A DNA stretch of 64,000 nucleotides from the IMG/VR virus record IMGVR_UViG_3300022752_000030, positions 1 to 64,000 of that record; one strand, given 5' to 3'. The notes beneath the pieces were generated by a model that saw only the letters and a program-made list of their open reading frames with translations, did not search any database and was not told where the DNA came from. The stretch comes from a virus. This document shows, in pieces, positions 1 to 10,101 of this stretch (position 1 is the first letter of the stretch; each line of letters begins with the position of its first letter). The position numbers were made by a program, and so were the translations under genes.

Positions 1-1356
1 ATAAGAATATAAAGAAATGTCACCAATCTTTGGTTCGATTTTACATTCTTTTTCTTTTTTCGTAGATTCTGTAAAAATGTAAACTTCAAACGGAATATTT
101 ACTTTCTTACAAAACAATGTCAGGTTGAACAATTGTTTGATTGTATTGGCCATGTGATTGACCATCGAACCGGACCAATCAAGAAACATGACCAGACCGT
201 GAGATTTGCCACCAGGAACTACGGTGACTTTCTTGAAAATATCTTCATTGAAACGATAAGAGAAAATCTTATTTAAGTTCAAATCACCGGTTTTTGCAAT
301 ACTGGATCTTTTCAGTTGGTCAGCATTTTTACGCAACTCAAATTCTTTGGCCAGATAAGAAACAACTTTGTTTGAATCTTTGCGAATCTTTTTGTAGGCT
401 TCGATATTAATTCCGACACCCTCTGTCTTGTAGAGTGCATACAAATCTTTATAATCGAAAATGGACTTCTCAACGTCAAATTTCGGTACATTGACATAAG
501 AATAAGTTTCAGACTTATTTGCAAACAGACGGCTTTCATTATTACGATAAGAATCATCGGTGAATGAACGAATATCCGAATCATCCTCATTTGTATCTAT
601 GTTGTGTTCGTAAGAATTTGAAGGATTTTTAGAATCACGTTGTTGCACGTCCTCATCATCATGGACAGGAGAATCGTACATACCGTCATCTGGATCACGA
701 TCCAGATCAAAGTCATCAGACAACATGTATCCGGAATCATCATCCATCAAATCGCCGCCTTCCATGCCATCAGAATCATCGAACGAATCTTTATTCTGTT
801 CCTTTTTCATTTTCATGAAGGAAACAATCTTTTCAGAAACTTCAATGACTTGATCATAAGTTTCCGTGGACTCAACTTCATTCAGCAACTCATGTTCTTC
901 TTCGTCAAAGCGAATGCCTAGTCTTGCACCACCTTTGCAATGAAGGTTGATTCGGTCAATAAAATTAAGTGAATTTAAATCTACACCATTGGTGCCGAAA
1001 AAGTCTTTTTCGACCAATTCATTATAGGCTCGAATGAATGAATTTTTCAAACCTGGATATTTGTATTTAATTTTTCGTTCAATGCGGGAATCCTCGACCA
1101 CATTGAGAATTGACATATTCACTTTCTTTTCTTTGGCTTTGTACATACCTTCAATAGGAGTGTACAGAGCATGACCTACTTCATGGCCCATAAACAGGTC
1201 ATAAAGTTGTGAAGAAATATTATTATCGAGTGTGGGAACTGTCAGAATACGATTTTTTACATCGAAACTGGCTGTAGGAACATTTCGGTTTTCGATGGTT
1301 AAATTTTCTGTAGCCATCAACTTGGCCAACAGAGATTTTGAATCAATTAATTGCAT
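1..1356 (-). CDS. CobT-like protein (N-terminal HExxH peptidase-like domain + VWA domain), 3' end runs off window
   Basis: Manual translation from ATG at 1356: MQLIDSKSLLAKLMATENL...GHEVGHALYTP...NVVEDSRIE, acidic linker, then VWA MIDAS motif LVMFLDWSGSM; typical partner of CobS-type AAA ATPase in T4-like phages. Confidence 0.8.
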   Translation of the reverse strand, partial: MQLIDSKSLLAKLMATENLTIENRNVPTASFDVKNRILTVPTLDNNISSQLYDLFMGHEVGHALYTPIEGMYKAKEKKVNMSILNVVEDSRIERKIKYKYPGLKNSFIRAYNELVEKDFFGTNGVDLNSLNFIDRINLHCKGGARLGIRFDEEEHELLNEVESTETYDQVIEVSEKIVSFMKMKKEQNKDSFDDSDGMEGGDLMDDDSGYMLSDDFDLDRDPDDGMYDSPVHDDEDVQQRDSKNPSNSYEHNIDTNEDDSDIRSFTDDSYRNNESRLFANKSETYSYVNVPKFDVEKSIFDYKDLYALYKTEGVGINIEAYKKIRKDSNKVVSYLAKEFELRKNADQLKRSSIAKTGDLNLNKIFSYRFNEDIFKKVTVVPGGKSHGLVMFLDWSGSMVNHMANTIKQLFNLTLFCKKVNIPFEVYIFTESTKKEKECKIEPKIGDISLYSY

Positions 1357-1379
1357 GAGAACTCCTGTGTAATGTATGA

Positions 1380-1430
1380 ATTATATCACACATTCACTTT
1401 TGTTCAAGCGTACTGTTGTTTTTTTGCACT
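1380..1430 (-). promoter_or_regulatory. Sigma70-type early promoter with upstream A-tract motif
   Basis: Minus strand GTGCAAAAAAACAACAG-TACGC-TTGAAC-N16-TATAAT with extended -10 TG. Confidence 0.55.
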
Positions 1431-1783
1431 TCAGTCAGAAGTATTGTTCCGTCTTGCTGTACATCGATGTTCAACAACGTACCTTCTTTCCATTGCATCT
1501 GTTCCGTAATTTCATCCGGAATTTCCAAGATAAAATCCCCTGATCCATCATCGGTATCCTTGAGTGTTGTTGTAAACGTAACATCTTTTTTAGAGATTTC
1601 CTTCATATTTTCACCTATAAAACTGTGTATGATTGATTCAGATAGCAAATGAGCTGAGGATGGATCGTTTTGCACAAGAAAATTAGCAAGATCAACAATA
1701 TTTTTGTGTCCCAAATGATTTAGGTCATCTAAAATACCATTAAAAATGCGAAAAATCAAATCATGATCCAAATTTTGCGACAT
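1394..1783 (-). CDS. Hypothetical protein with C-terminal AbrB/MazE-like DNA-binding domain
   Basis: C-terminal GDFILEIPDEITEQMQWKEGTLLNI pattern typical of AbrB/SpoVT fold. Confidence 0.55.
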   Translation of the reverse strand: MSQNLDHDLIFRIFNGILDDLNHLGHKNIVDLANFLVQNDPSSAHLLSESIIHSFIGENMKEISKKDVTFTTTLKDTDDGSGDFILEIPDEITEQMQWKEGTLLNIDVQQDGTILLTEVQKNNSTLEQK

Positions 1784-1784
1784 T

Positions 1785-1925
1785 TTACGCTCCTAGATTA
1801 GAAATTTGCGACAAAATTGACTTTTTTTCGTCTTTACGGTTGTATTTTACGTCATTTTTGTGTTTTTGTACAGGCTTTATGGGTGTACGACACACAGGTT
1901 TTTGTAATTTTACAACAAATTTCAT
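1785..1925 (-). CDS. Small basic hypothetical protein (46 aa)
   Basis: Manual ORF MKFVVKLQKPVCRTPIKPVQKHKNDVKYNRK... filling the gap between neighbours. Confidence 0.5.
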   Translation of the reverse strand: MKFVVKLQKPVCRTPIKPVQKHKNDVKYNRKDEKKSILSQISNLGA

Positions 1926-1933
1926 TTTTTTCA

Positions 1934-2314
1934 TCATAACACCTCATTTTTTCGACCTAAGGACGATCCGCTCATGCCCTCTGACACATAAACATAACTG
2001 CTTTTGTGTATTGGAGCAACACAATTCGCCAAATGATCGACTCGCTCACGGTCGCTAGCTGATAATTTGTGATAATCCTTCATAATACCGGTTTTTGTGA
2101 GAGTTGAAACGAGACCGGTATCTAATGATGCGATATGTTTTGTCTCCCTGCCAATGGGAGAAGACAACTTGTAACCAGTTAACAAATCACTTACTTCACG
2201 ATTTGGTTTGATTTGTTTGGGATGGTGTGATTTTAACCATTGTTCGTATTGTTCACGAACAGCCTTTGGTTGTTTTTTCTGTTTGGATTTTTTAACACGA
2301 GCATAGATCATCAT
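1934..2314 (-). CDS. Hypothetical phage protein
   Basis: ORF with AGGAG RBS directly downstream of an early promoter. Confidence 0.7.
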   Translation of the reverse strand: MMIYARVKKSKQKKQPKAVREQYEQWLKSHHPKQIKPNREVSDLLTGYKLSSPIGRETKHIASLDTGLVSTLTKTGIMKDYHKLSASDRERVDHLANCVAPIHKSSYVYVSEGMSGSSLGRKNEVL

Positions 2315-2340
2315 TTCAATTCTCCTAACAAAGAAATGTT

Positions 2341-2395
2341 ATTATACATTCATTGGAGAATAAAGTCAACCTATTGTGTTGTTTTTTTACAACTT
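2341..2395 (-). promoter_or_regulatory. Sigma70-type early promoter with upstream GTTGT-A6-ACAAC palindrome
   Basis: TTGACT(2369-2364)-N17-TATAAT(2346-2341); 21-nt upstream block identical to 47271-47291. Confidence 0.75.
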
Positions 2396-2600
2396 AGAAA
2401 TTTCTATTTCTTTTTGCTGATTTGTAATCATAATCGTCATAATGATTTATGATTTCATCGAAATTATAGTTTTTTAACTTTTTAATTTCGGAATGTTCAT
2501 TTTTTTTGCGTTTTGCAACATCGTATCTGTAATCGTCATTATAACCGTAATCATCATTATAATTTTTATTTTTACGAAACTTGCTTACTGACTTTGACAC
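2394..2600 (-). CDS. Small hypothetical protein (Asp/Tyr-rich)
   Basis: ORF track; GGAG RBS upstream; in-operon position. Confidence 0.55.
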   Translation of the reverse strand: MSKSVSKFRKNKNYNDDYGYNDDYRYDVAKRKKNEHSEIKKLKNYNFDEIINHYDDYDYKSAKRNRNF

Positions 2601-2612
2601 TTAAAAAACTCC

Positions 2613-2981
2613 TTACTTTAATACTTCGAAATTGATGCCGTTGATTTTTCTTTCCGGCGCATTGTCCATGTCCGAACTGGACACATAGGTAATTTGTGCG
2701 AGGGGATAACATGTTTTGACAACTCTTAATAGATTACATGCAGTTCCATCTTTGTCATTGAATCTGAATACTTCATCAACAACTTTTAATCCTGAAATTA
2801 TTTGATTACGTTCATTATAGTCGAAATTAAATCCACCTCTATTTAAAATCAACCATTTGTCAGAATATACACCAACAATCAACCAATCTCCCATACTTTT
2901 ACATTGGCTGAGAAAATTTAATTCTTCTGTGGTGAGGGGATCGAATTCTCCACAAGTGACAATCAATCTGTCCTTATTCAT
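2613..2981 (-). CDS. Cytidylyltransferase-like protein (TagD/RfaE-II family), degenerate HxGH motif
   Basis: TCGEFDPL (G-x-FD), LIVGVYSD, ER..I..LKVVDEV; HxGH replaced by TTEE. Confidence 0.7.
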   Translation of the reverse strand: MNKDRLIVTCGEFDPLTTEELNFLSQCKSMGDWLIVGVYSDKWLILNRGGFNFDYNERNQIISGLKVVDEVFRFNDKDGTACNLLRVVKTCYPLAQITYVSSSDMDNAPERKINGINFEVLK

Positions 2982-3403
2982 GGTAAAAGATCGGGGAAAG
3001 CATCCTTGACAAAATTGTAAGTTAGGCCTTTTACGCCTAAATCTTTTTGAAAAATACCCAAAATGATTTCTGCTTCACGTGGTTCTATTGATTCGAGAAT
3101 TTGAACTAGAAGTTCTTCTTGTCTTTTGGTTGTTAGGGTCTCAGCCGTTTCGTCTCCAACCCGGAACATATAAAGTCTACGTAATTGTCTGGACAAATTT
3201 TCAAAAGTAATTCCAGGAAGAACATCTGTTGGTATTTTATAATTGTGCGGCAACTCTTTTATTTTCCATTGATAATCTGGATGAAAAGTAAGTTTTAATA
3301 CTTCAACTAATGTATTTGAAAGATTTCTTCCAATAACATCCATTCTTTCTTTTTTTGTTTTTACAGACTCAAACTCATCAAAAACTTCATATAAATTTTT
3401 CAT
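2978..3403 (-). CDS. Conserved hypothetical protein downstream of rnh in T4-like phages
   Basis: ORF coupled to RNase H; RQEELLVQILESIEPREAE motif. Confidence 0.65.
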   Translation of the reverse strand: MKNLYEVFDEFESVKTKKERMDVIGRNLSNTLVEVLKLTFHPDYQWKIKELPHNYKIPTDVLPGITFENLSRQLRRLYMFRVGDETAETLTTKRQEELLVQILESIEPREAEIILGIFQKDLGVKGLTYNFVKDAFPDLLP

Positions 3404-4266
3404 TAAAATTCCTCAATAACATCCATCAAACTTTTCAATTTATTCACAATGAAATAGTCCAGTATTTTTTGTTTAGAAGCTGGCTTAGTTTCTTCATATG
3501 TATTTATGATTTTTTCTTTTATTTCATTAGGTATGAATTTTAAATCAATCAGAGTTTGATTGCGTGAGAAACCTGTTTTTGCAAGGCTGTCTGTCCAGCT
3601 TTCATAATCTTCATTTAGCATTTTTTCCAATTTGTTTTTAACAATTGGTGTCTGTCTTACATCACGTACAAAACAATCAGAAGGTGAAAGTATGTTTGGA
3701 ATGCCGTCTCCCTTATCACCTTTGATAATTTTTTCTTTTAGATCAACTAAAGGATTATCAGAGACAACAAATTTCTTTTGTGTTGGATTATATTGTTTGA
3801 CTTTATAATTTGTTTTGTTATTATATTGTTGCAGTTGTAAAAAGTCACCGTCACTTGAAATGATCAACAAATTTTCATGCATGATATGGCGAGGTACTAA
3901 TGTACCAATAATATCATCAGCTTCTGCACCTTCAACATCAATAACTTTATAGGGAAAGTTTTCCTTTAGTTCTTTTTTAAATTTAGTCAACATATCAAAA
4001 ATCATGTGCCAATCCAAATCAGACTTCTCACGTGATTTTTTTCGACCAGCTTTATAAAAAGGAAAGAATTCTTTTCTCCAGTATTTTCGATTATCACAAC
4101 AGAGTACAACTTCTCCGTATTCTTCACGAAAATTTTTGAGGTGTGTACGTATGATATTTAAAATCATATGTCTTATGAGGCCTTCTTCCAACTTTATTCC
4201 TTTTTGGTTGGAGATTTGAGCCATCAGACCAGCCAACAACACTTGATTCAGATCAACGAGTATCAT
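3403..4266 (-). CDS. rnh: T4-type RNase H (5'-3' exonuclease)
   Basis: MILVDLNQ, YWRKEFFPFYKAGR, EADDIIG, SSDGDFLQL, GDKGDGIPN. Confidence 0.95.
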   Translation of the reverse strand: MILVDLNQVLLAGLMAQISNQKGIKLEEGLIRHMILNIIRTHLKNFREEYGEVVLCCDNRKYWRKEFFPFYKAGRKKSREKSDLDWHMIFDMLTKFKKELKENFPYKVIDVEGAEADDIIGTLVPRHIMHENLLIISSDGDFLQLQQYNNKTNYKVKQYNPTQKKFVVSDNPLVDLKEKIIKGDKGDGIPNILSPSDCFVRDVRQTPIVKNKLEKMLNEDYESWTDSLAKTGFSRNQTLIDLKFIPNEIKEKIINTYEETKPASKQKILDYFIVNKLKSLMDVIEEF

Positions 4267-4302
4267 AATAAACTTTCAATAGTTTCAGTAAACGAAATTG
4301 TA

Positions 4303-4641
4303 TCAGGAAGGTTTAAATTTGGCAACAGCGTCTTTCCAGAATTCGTGGGATGTTGTTGTCTTTTTTGCCACAATTCCATACCATTCTTGTTCTATGAGTG
4401 GTGAAATATATTCTCTAGGCTCAGATAATATTGCTTCGAATGTATCAAAATCTACAACATCATCTTCTTCCACTTTAAATAATAATACGTGCCACGCCGG
4501 ACCTATTTGATTTCCATTTAAAGGTAAACCTGGATTTTTATAGATATTTGTTTGTATTTTGATATTATTTTTTTTATCAAAATTAGGTAAAAAAAGTAGT
4601 ACATCAAATGGATTGTCCATTTGTTCCAAAAAATTCAACAT
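4303..4641 (-). CDS. Hypothetical protein
   Basis: ORF track; coupled to neighbours. Confidence 0.6.
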   Translation of the reverse strand: MLNFLEQMDNPFDVLLFLPNFDKKNNIKIQTNIYKNPGLPLNGNQIGPAWHVLLFKVEEDDVVDFDTFEAILSEPREYISPLIEQEWYGIVAKKTTTSHEFWKDAVAKFKPS

Positions 4642-5051
4642 TGCAAACCTTTAATATGTGACTTTCGAACCCTTACCATAATCCAAGAATTATAATAATT
4701 GTCACTCTCCAAAACACCATTCAAAAATTGTTCTTTAGCTTCAAGATAACCACATTCACCTTTGGATTTGCAGAGGTGTAATATCACTCTCTCAAATTTT
4801 TCTTGTCCGTGTATTATAACATCTTTTTTCAATTCCTCATTGGAACCGAAATAATTTTGCCAATCACTGGAAATTTTTATTCTTTTTTTCTTACCCTTCA
4901 CTTGTTTTGTTTTGGAAGAATAAAAAAACTTTTTACCAATGTATTTTTTACCCGTTATTGTATTGGTGATACAATAAACGAATCCATAATTTTCTTGAAT
5001 TAATTCTTCAGTAAAATCTAGATTTTTATATTTCCAATTCAATATGACCAT
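4635..5051 (-). CDS. GIY-YIG family endonuclease
   Basis: GFVYCITNTITGKKYIGKK, YFGS, LE, YYN motifs. Confidence 0.85.
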   Translation of the reverse strand: MVILNWKYKNLDFTEELIQENYGFVYCITNTITGKKYIGKKFFYSSKTKQVKGKKKRIKISSDWQNYFGSNEELKKDVIIHGQEKFERVILHLCKSKGECGYLEAKEQFLNGVLESDNYYNSWIMVRVRKSHIKGLQC

Positions 5052-5236
5052 TTCGGATCTTCATTGTACTCGTCATCATCATCTTCGCCATCATAGTGTT
5101 CAGACAATTCTTCGATTAATTCACCACAGAACGGACAATGTTCTGGATAGTTATCGGAAACTAATTGTTCTTCATATAAAACGTCATATGAAGATTCACA
5201 ATTAAGACATTCTGCTGTTATTGTTTTTGTTGTCAT
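5039..5236 (-). CDS. Small zinc-ribbon protein with acidic tail
   Basis: CLNC...CPFC; start refined to MTTKT after AAGG RBS. Confidence 0.7.
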   Translation of the reverse strand: MTTKTITAECLNCESSYDVLYEEQLVSDNYPEHCPFCGELIEELSEHYDGEDDDDEYNEDPKWSY

Positions 5237-5246
5237 TTTTATTTCC

Positions 5247-6236
5247 TTAATTGGCCCAAACATCTCCCCAGTCACCCGAGAGAGCTCCTTTAGCGTAATC
5301 TGTTGCACGGTTCTCAAAAAAGTTTGTATGAGTTGGTGCGTTAATCATTTCTTCAACCCAAAGTAAAGGGTTCTTTTTAACTTTAAAAATACCTTTTAAA
5401 CCTAATGATATCAAACGTCTGTCAGCAATATATCGAATATATTTTTTAACATCACTTGCTGTTAATCCTTCCATTTCACCCATTGAGAATGAAAGGTCAA
5501 TAAATTTATCCTCAAGTTCAACCATTCTTTCAGCTATGGTATAGATTTTGGATTTTAATTCATCATTCCAAATTTGCTTATTTTCTTCTATATATGTTCG
5601 GAACAATTTTATCATCGATTCAGCGTGCATTGTTTCATCAACAATAGACCAAGTGACAATTTGACCCATGCCTTTCATTTTACCGTGTCTTGGAAAATTC
5701 AACAACATGATAAATGATGAAAACAATTGCATACCTTCAGTAAATGCGGAGAATACTGCAATGTGTGTTGCAGTTGATTCTAACGTACTATTGCGTGAAG
5801 ATATATCATTCACATAATCGTGTTTATCTTTCATTTCTTGATATTCAAGAAACTGATTATATGTTGTTTCTGGTAAACCAAGAGTTTCAATTAGATGTGA
5901 ATAAGCAGCAATATGTAATGCTTCACGTGCTGCAAATCCCATAAGCATCATACGAATTTCTGGTTGAGGAAAATAAGGCAAATAATTTCGAACATAACCA
6001 CCAGCAACGTCAATATCGCCTTGTGTGAAGAAACGGAATATGTGTGTTAAAAATTGTTTTTCTTCCGTAGTCAGTTTCTTTTTCCAATCTTTAACATCTT
6101 CTAACATTGGAACTTCGGTATGAAGCCAATGACTTTGTTCATGTTTTAACCAAGAATCATATGCCCAAGGATAATTGAAAGGTTTGAAGTGATCTCTATC
6201 ATCTGTCATTTTTTGTTCAGAAGACTTTTTAATCAT
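5247..6236 (-). CDS. nrdB: Ribonucleotide reductase class Ia beta subunit
   Basis: FFTQGD, EALH, EGMQLFSSF, DETMH, NFFENRATDY. Confidence 0.97.
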   Translation of the reverse strand: MIKKSSEQKMTDDRDHFKPFNYPWAYDSWLKHEQSHWLHTEVPMLEDVKDWKKKLTTEEKQFLTHIFRFFTQGDIDVAGGYVRNYLPYFPQPEIRMMLMGFAAREALHIAAYSHLIETLGLPETTYNQFLEYQEMKDKHDYVNDISSRNSTLESTATHIAVFSAFTEGMQLFSSFIMLLNFPRHGKMKGMGQIVTWSIVDETMHAESMIKLFRTYIEENKQIWNDELKSKIYTIAERMVELEDKFIDLSFSMGEMEGLTASDVKKYIRYIADRRLISLGLKGIFKVKKNPLLWVEEMINAPTHTNFFENRATDYAKGALSGDWGDVWAN

Positions 6237-6478
6237 TTGATGAATTCCTCGATTTGATCTGCCATTAAAACACCAGTTTTTCTTTTGATTTCAACACCAT
6301 CTTCTAAAAGTACCATCGTAGGAACTCCACGCACGCCATACTGAATTGTTTTTTCTGATTGTTCTTCGATGTCAATATTGATCAACTCTACTTCACCTAA
6401 ATTGACATATTTAAAATTGTTAGAAAGTGATTTACAAGGTCCGCACCATGATGCGGAAAATTTTAATAATTGTTTCAT
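6233..6478 (-). CDS. Thioredoxin
   Basis: WCGPC active site, VRGVPT. Confidence 0.92.
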   Translation of the reverse strand: MKQLLKFSASWCGPCKSLSNNFKYVNLGEVELINIDIEEQSEKTIQYGVRGVPTMVLLEDGVEIKRKTGVLMADQIEEFIK

Positions 6479-6711
6479 TTAATATCTCCAAACCAAATAA
6501 ATGTTGCCACCAAGTTCATTACAAAAAAATATGCGTTTTGTATAACTAAGGGTTTATTTTTGTGTGTTTTCATAAAGTCATAAAGCAAAACGGAGTGTGC
6601 AATAACAAAACCTGGAAATGCATATTGCATCCAAGGTAATTTTAAAGAAACTATTGTTCCTCCAAAAATAAACATTGCCGTTGCAATCCATTTTATATCG
6701 AATTTTTTCAT
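6475..6711 (-). CDS. Small membrane protein (about 3 TM)
   Basis: Hydrophobic segments; lies between nrdA and thioredoxin. Confidence 0.6.
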   Translation of the reverse strand: MKKFDIKWIATAMFIFGGTIVSLKLPWMQYAFPGFVIAHSVLLYDFMKTHKNKPLVIQNAYFFVMNLVATFIWFGDIK

Positions 6712-6712
6712 A

Positions 6713-8506
6713 TTAGCCTTCACAGGCTATACAGTCATTGCCCTGTGCAATTTGTGCCATATCAAGTTCTTTAATTACTTGCCTTTCAATTTTTTTGGAA
6801 ACTTTATCTGCTTTTCCAATTTTTTCCGATCTGCAATAATAAAGAGTTTTAAGTCCTTTTTTCCATGCCATAAAATGAATAGCGTGTATGTATTTAATAT
6901 TCGAATCTGGTCTAAAAAATAGATTTAGGGATTGTGATTGATCGATATATTGTTGTCTATCAGCAGCCAAATCAATTACCCATCTTTGGTCAATTTCCAT
7001 TGAAGTTTTAAATACTGCTTTTGTATTATCGTCCATCCATGTTAAATGTTGTACAGAACCATCATTTGCAATAATAGAAGACCAAACTTCATCGTACCAT
7101 CCAGATTCTTGAGATTCTGCTTTTTTCTTAATGATTAAATCTAACCAACGATTTTTGTTTAAGAAAGATCCTGATAAAGTGTCTTGACGGTAAGCGTTAG
7201 CACGATAAGGCTCAATACTAGGAGAAGTATTTCCCATAATGATAGATGAAGAAGCATTTGGAGCAATAGCCATAACGTGACTGAACCTGCGGCCAGTGCC
7301 AACAGCATCAGGAGCTTCACCTCTTTCTTTACCCAATTCAAAATTTGCATTATCTAATCCTTGTTTGATGCGTTTAAAAATTTGATTGTTGGTAACTTTT
7401 GCCATAACTCCTTCAAAAGAAATTCCATTTTTCTGAAGGTAAGCATGAAAGCCTAACGCACCGATGCCAATCGAACGTTCTCTTTGAGCACTATACTTTG
7501 CTCTAGAGATAACATCAGGAGCATTATCGATAAAATATTGCAACACATTGTCTAACATTTCTGCAACATCACGCAAAAATAATTCGTTATCTTTCCACTC
7601 ATCATATGTTTCTAAATTCAAACTGGATAAACAACATACAGCTGTTCTTTCTTCATTTGTCGGAAGAATAATTTCTGAACAGAGATTCGATTGATTAATT
7701 CTCAATCCTTTACTTTTTAACCACTCTGGCATTGATTCATTACTTGTGTCGATATAATGAATATAGGGTTCTCCTGTATGCATACGCAATTCCAAAATCA
7801 TTTGCCATAGCATTTTTGCAGAAACAGTTTCTCTTATTTCTTTAGAGTTCGGATCAATTAAATCCCAAGAATCATCTGCGTTTGGATCTAACATACACTT
7901 TTCAATAATTTGCATAAAATTATCGGTGATGTTAATGCCGTGATGTAGATTCAGGCAGCGCACATTTGGGTCTCCCGTTGGCTTACGCATTTCCAAGAAA
8001 GAGATAATATCTGGATGAGAGATATCTAGATATGCAGCGTAACTGCCTCTGCGTGTACGACCTTGTCGATATGCAAGTGATGATGCATCATAAATTTTTA
8101 GATGCGGCATTACTCCTGTAGATTTATCATCTGCGCTGCGTATACCAAAACCAATACCAACGCCACCGCCAAGCATAGAAAGCCAATTGGTTTCGGATAG
8201 ATTATCGACTAATCCTCCAGCAGTATCTTCGATATAGTTGAGAAAACATGATATAGGCATACCACGCTTACTACGACCAAAAGAGAGAATGGGAGTGCTA
8301 TAAGATAACCAATGATTACTAGAATATTCGTAAAGTCTTTGTGCGTGTTCTTTGTTTGTTCCGAACGATTTTGATACATATGCAAACCTGTGTTGTGGAG
8401 AAGTTTCGTCTTCTCTCATATAACTTTCTTTTAATCTTAAAATTCCGTGCTCGTCAAAAAGCTTGTCTCTCTCCAAATCAATTTGGATTCCCAGATATTC
8501 ATGCAT
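6713..8506 (-). CDS. nrdA: Ribonucleotide reductase class Ia alpha subunit (short form, no evident ATP cone)
   Basis: STPIL, ISCFL, SNLCSEI, APNASSS, KTLYY, C-terminal CIAC. Confidence 0.97.
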   Translation of the reverse strand: MHEYLGIQIDLERDKLFDEHGILRLKESYMREDETSPQHRFAYVSKSFGTNKEHAQRLYEYSSNHWLSYSTPILSFGRSKRGMPISCFLNYIEDTAGGLVDNLSETNWLSMLGGGVGIGFGIRSADDKSTGVMPHLKIYDASSLAYRQGRTRRGSYAAYLDISHPDIISFLEMRKPTGDPNVRCLNLHHGINITDNFMQIIEKCMLDPNADDSWDLIDPNSKEIRETVSAKMLWQMILELRMHTGEPYIHYIDTSNESMPEWLKSKGLRINQSNLCSEIILPTNEERTAVCCLSSLNLETYDEWKDNELFLRDVAEMLDNVLQYFIDNAPDVISRAKYSAQRERSIGIGALGFHAYLQKNGISFEGVMAKVTNNQIFKRIKQGLDNANFELGKERGEAPDAVGTGRRFSHVMAIAPNASSSIIMGNTSPSIEPYRANAYRQDTLSGSFLNKNRWLDLIIKKKAESQESGWYDEVWSSIIANDGSVQHLTWMDDNTKAVFKTSMEIDQRWVIDLAADRQQYIDQSQSLNLFFRPDSNIKYIHAIHFMAWKKGLKTLYYCRSEKIGKADKVSKKIERQVIKELDMAQIAQGNDCIACEG

Positions 8507-8612
8507 ATTTTTTGCCTTATTAAATTTAACGTAATAACCATTCACTTAAAAAAACTAACCTAATCGCATCAGCGCAGGCAACAGTTAATTTTTTTGGTGA
8601 TCTTTTATTTTT

Positions 8613-9086
8613 CTAATCGGTATTCCCGTAATTCCAAATTTCATTTTTATATTCTTCTGACCAATAATCATAATATTTTGTTTTCTTTAGTTTTTCTCTC
8701 GCATCAATTAATTTATCTTTTGGTTGAGCTAGTATTACAGGAAACTTTTGGTTACCAGTATTCAAACCATTTATAAATCCAGGATCGTCCGGATGATCTT
8801 TTAAGAAAATTACATTCTCCATTTTTTTCTGGAGTTTTTTTATTATACGCAATAAATCATCATTTGTCAAATTTTTTTCATTATTGAAAAATATAACAAT
8901 CTCATAGTCTTGTAGTGTTTCAATATATCTCATTATATAGGTTTCTGGTTCATATTGACCGATGTATGACCAGAACACTTTTTTGTCCTCTAAGGCCTTC
9001 TTTGCAAACGGACAAATCGAAAATCCTCCAAGTTCATTTCTTTTTTCGGATATTCTATTGACCCATTCAATTATATTTTTTTCCAA
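8613..9086 (-). CDS. Hypothetical protein (CPFA motif, DUF1415-like)
   Basis: EW...ICPFAKKA...DHPDDP pattern. Confidence 0.55.
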   Translation of the reverse strand: MEKNIIEWVNRISEKRNELGGFSICPFAKKALEDKKVFWSYIGQYEPETYIMRYIETLQDYEIVIFFNNEKNLTNDDLLRIIKKLQKKMENVIFLKDHPDDPGFINGLNTGNQKFPVILAQPKDKLIDAREKLKKTKYYDYWSEEYKNEIWNYGNTD

Positions 9087-10084
9087 TTAATAAACTCCAT
9101 TTTGGCTCTCAGATTCACAAAGGTATTTTTACTTATAATATCTTGTATTTCTTCCTGTGAAAATCCGTCCAACAACATGTCGTTAATATCTTTACTGTCA
9201 ATCATTTCTGGCCAGATTACAACATTGTAATGTTCTTCAATTGATTTTTCAATTTGTTTACAAATATCTTTATTTCGAGGTTCGTTGTCATAAACAAGAA
9301 CAACTTTGGATTTATCTAAAATTTTTGTAATTGATGATAAATTAGAATCAGCTGTTGCCACCGCATTTTCCAAGAACATGGAGTCTATAGGCCCTTCAAC
9401 AACATAAATTAATTCGTCCTGGTTGATCCTATCGAGACCAAAAACTTTATAATCATCCGAATTCAACTTAACTGTGATATATCTTAGTTTGGATTCACCA
9501 AGAGATCGACCTTGAAATGCTATTAGATTTTTTTCTTGATCATAAAATGGAATAACTAATCTCGGATCATTTTCTTTTAAGCCTTCTTTTTCCAGACCCA
9601 GTTCTTCAACAAATTTTTTAAAGTCTTCAGCATAATATAAGTCTGAATAAAATTTTTCAGGTATTCTTCTAGAAGAAACATAAACTTTTGCATAATGTTC
9701 TTCTGGCAAAGAAGAAATGGAAGGTATCGTTAAACTTTTTTTAAACTTTGGTGTTACAGTTTTGAATTCTTCAAAATCTGGTTTTTTATAGTTGTTGTTT
9801 CCAGTCTCTCCGTTTTTATATCTCTCAAGTGAATATTCTTTCACAAGAGAAGGATCAACTTTATCTAGGAAATTATAGAAGGACGTAGATGCACCACAGT
9901 TGTGGCACATATAGAAGTAATCGTTCTTTTTACGATAAACGTAACCACGTGCTTTGGTTTTGTGTTTTTGGGAATCGCCACAAAGAGGACATCTAAAATT
10001 ATAAAGATCGTCTTTTTTTTGTGTGAATTTTTGAAGTTTTGGTGAAACTCTTAATAGAAAAGATCGGTCAATGAAAACACTCAT
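9071..10084 (-). CDS. gp61: DNA primase
   Basis: Zn finger FRCPLCGDS...CHNC; TOPRIM VVEGPIDSMF, YDNEPRN, KDIND. Confidence 0.96.
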   Translation of the reverse strand: MSVFIDRSFLLRVSPKLQKFTQKKDDLYNFRCPLCGDSQKHKTKARGYVYRKKNDYFYMCHNCGASTSFYNFLDKVDPSLVKEYSLERYKNGETGNNNYKKPDFEEFKTVTPKFKKSLTIPSISSLPEEHYAKVYVSSRRIPEKFYSDLYYAEDFKKFVEELGLEKEGLKENDPRLVIPFYDQEKNLIAFQGRSLGESKLRYITVKLNSDDYKVFGLDRINQDELIYVVEGPIDSMFLENAVATADSNLSSITKILDKSKVVLVYDNEPRNKDICKQIEKSIEEHYNVVIWPEMIDSKDINDMLLDGFSQEEIQDIISKNTFVNLRAKMEFINWKKI

Positions 10085-10101
10085 TACAAAGGAAATAAAA
10101 A

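Noticed and set aside
312-921. ORF-track entries 312-590 and 640-921
   Set aside because: Alternative-frame or antisense shadows of the CobT-like gene, which the track missed because it runs off the window
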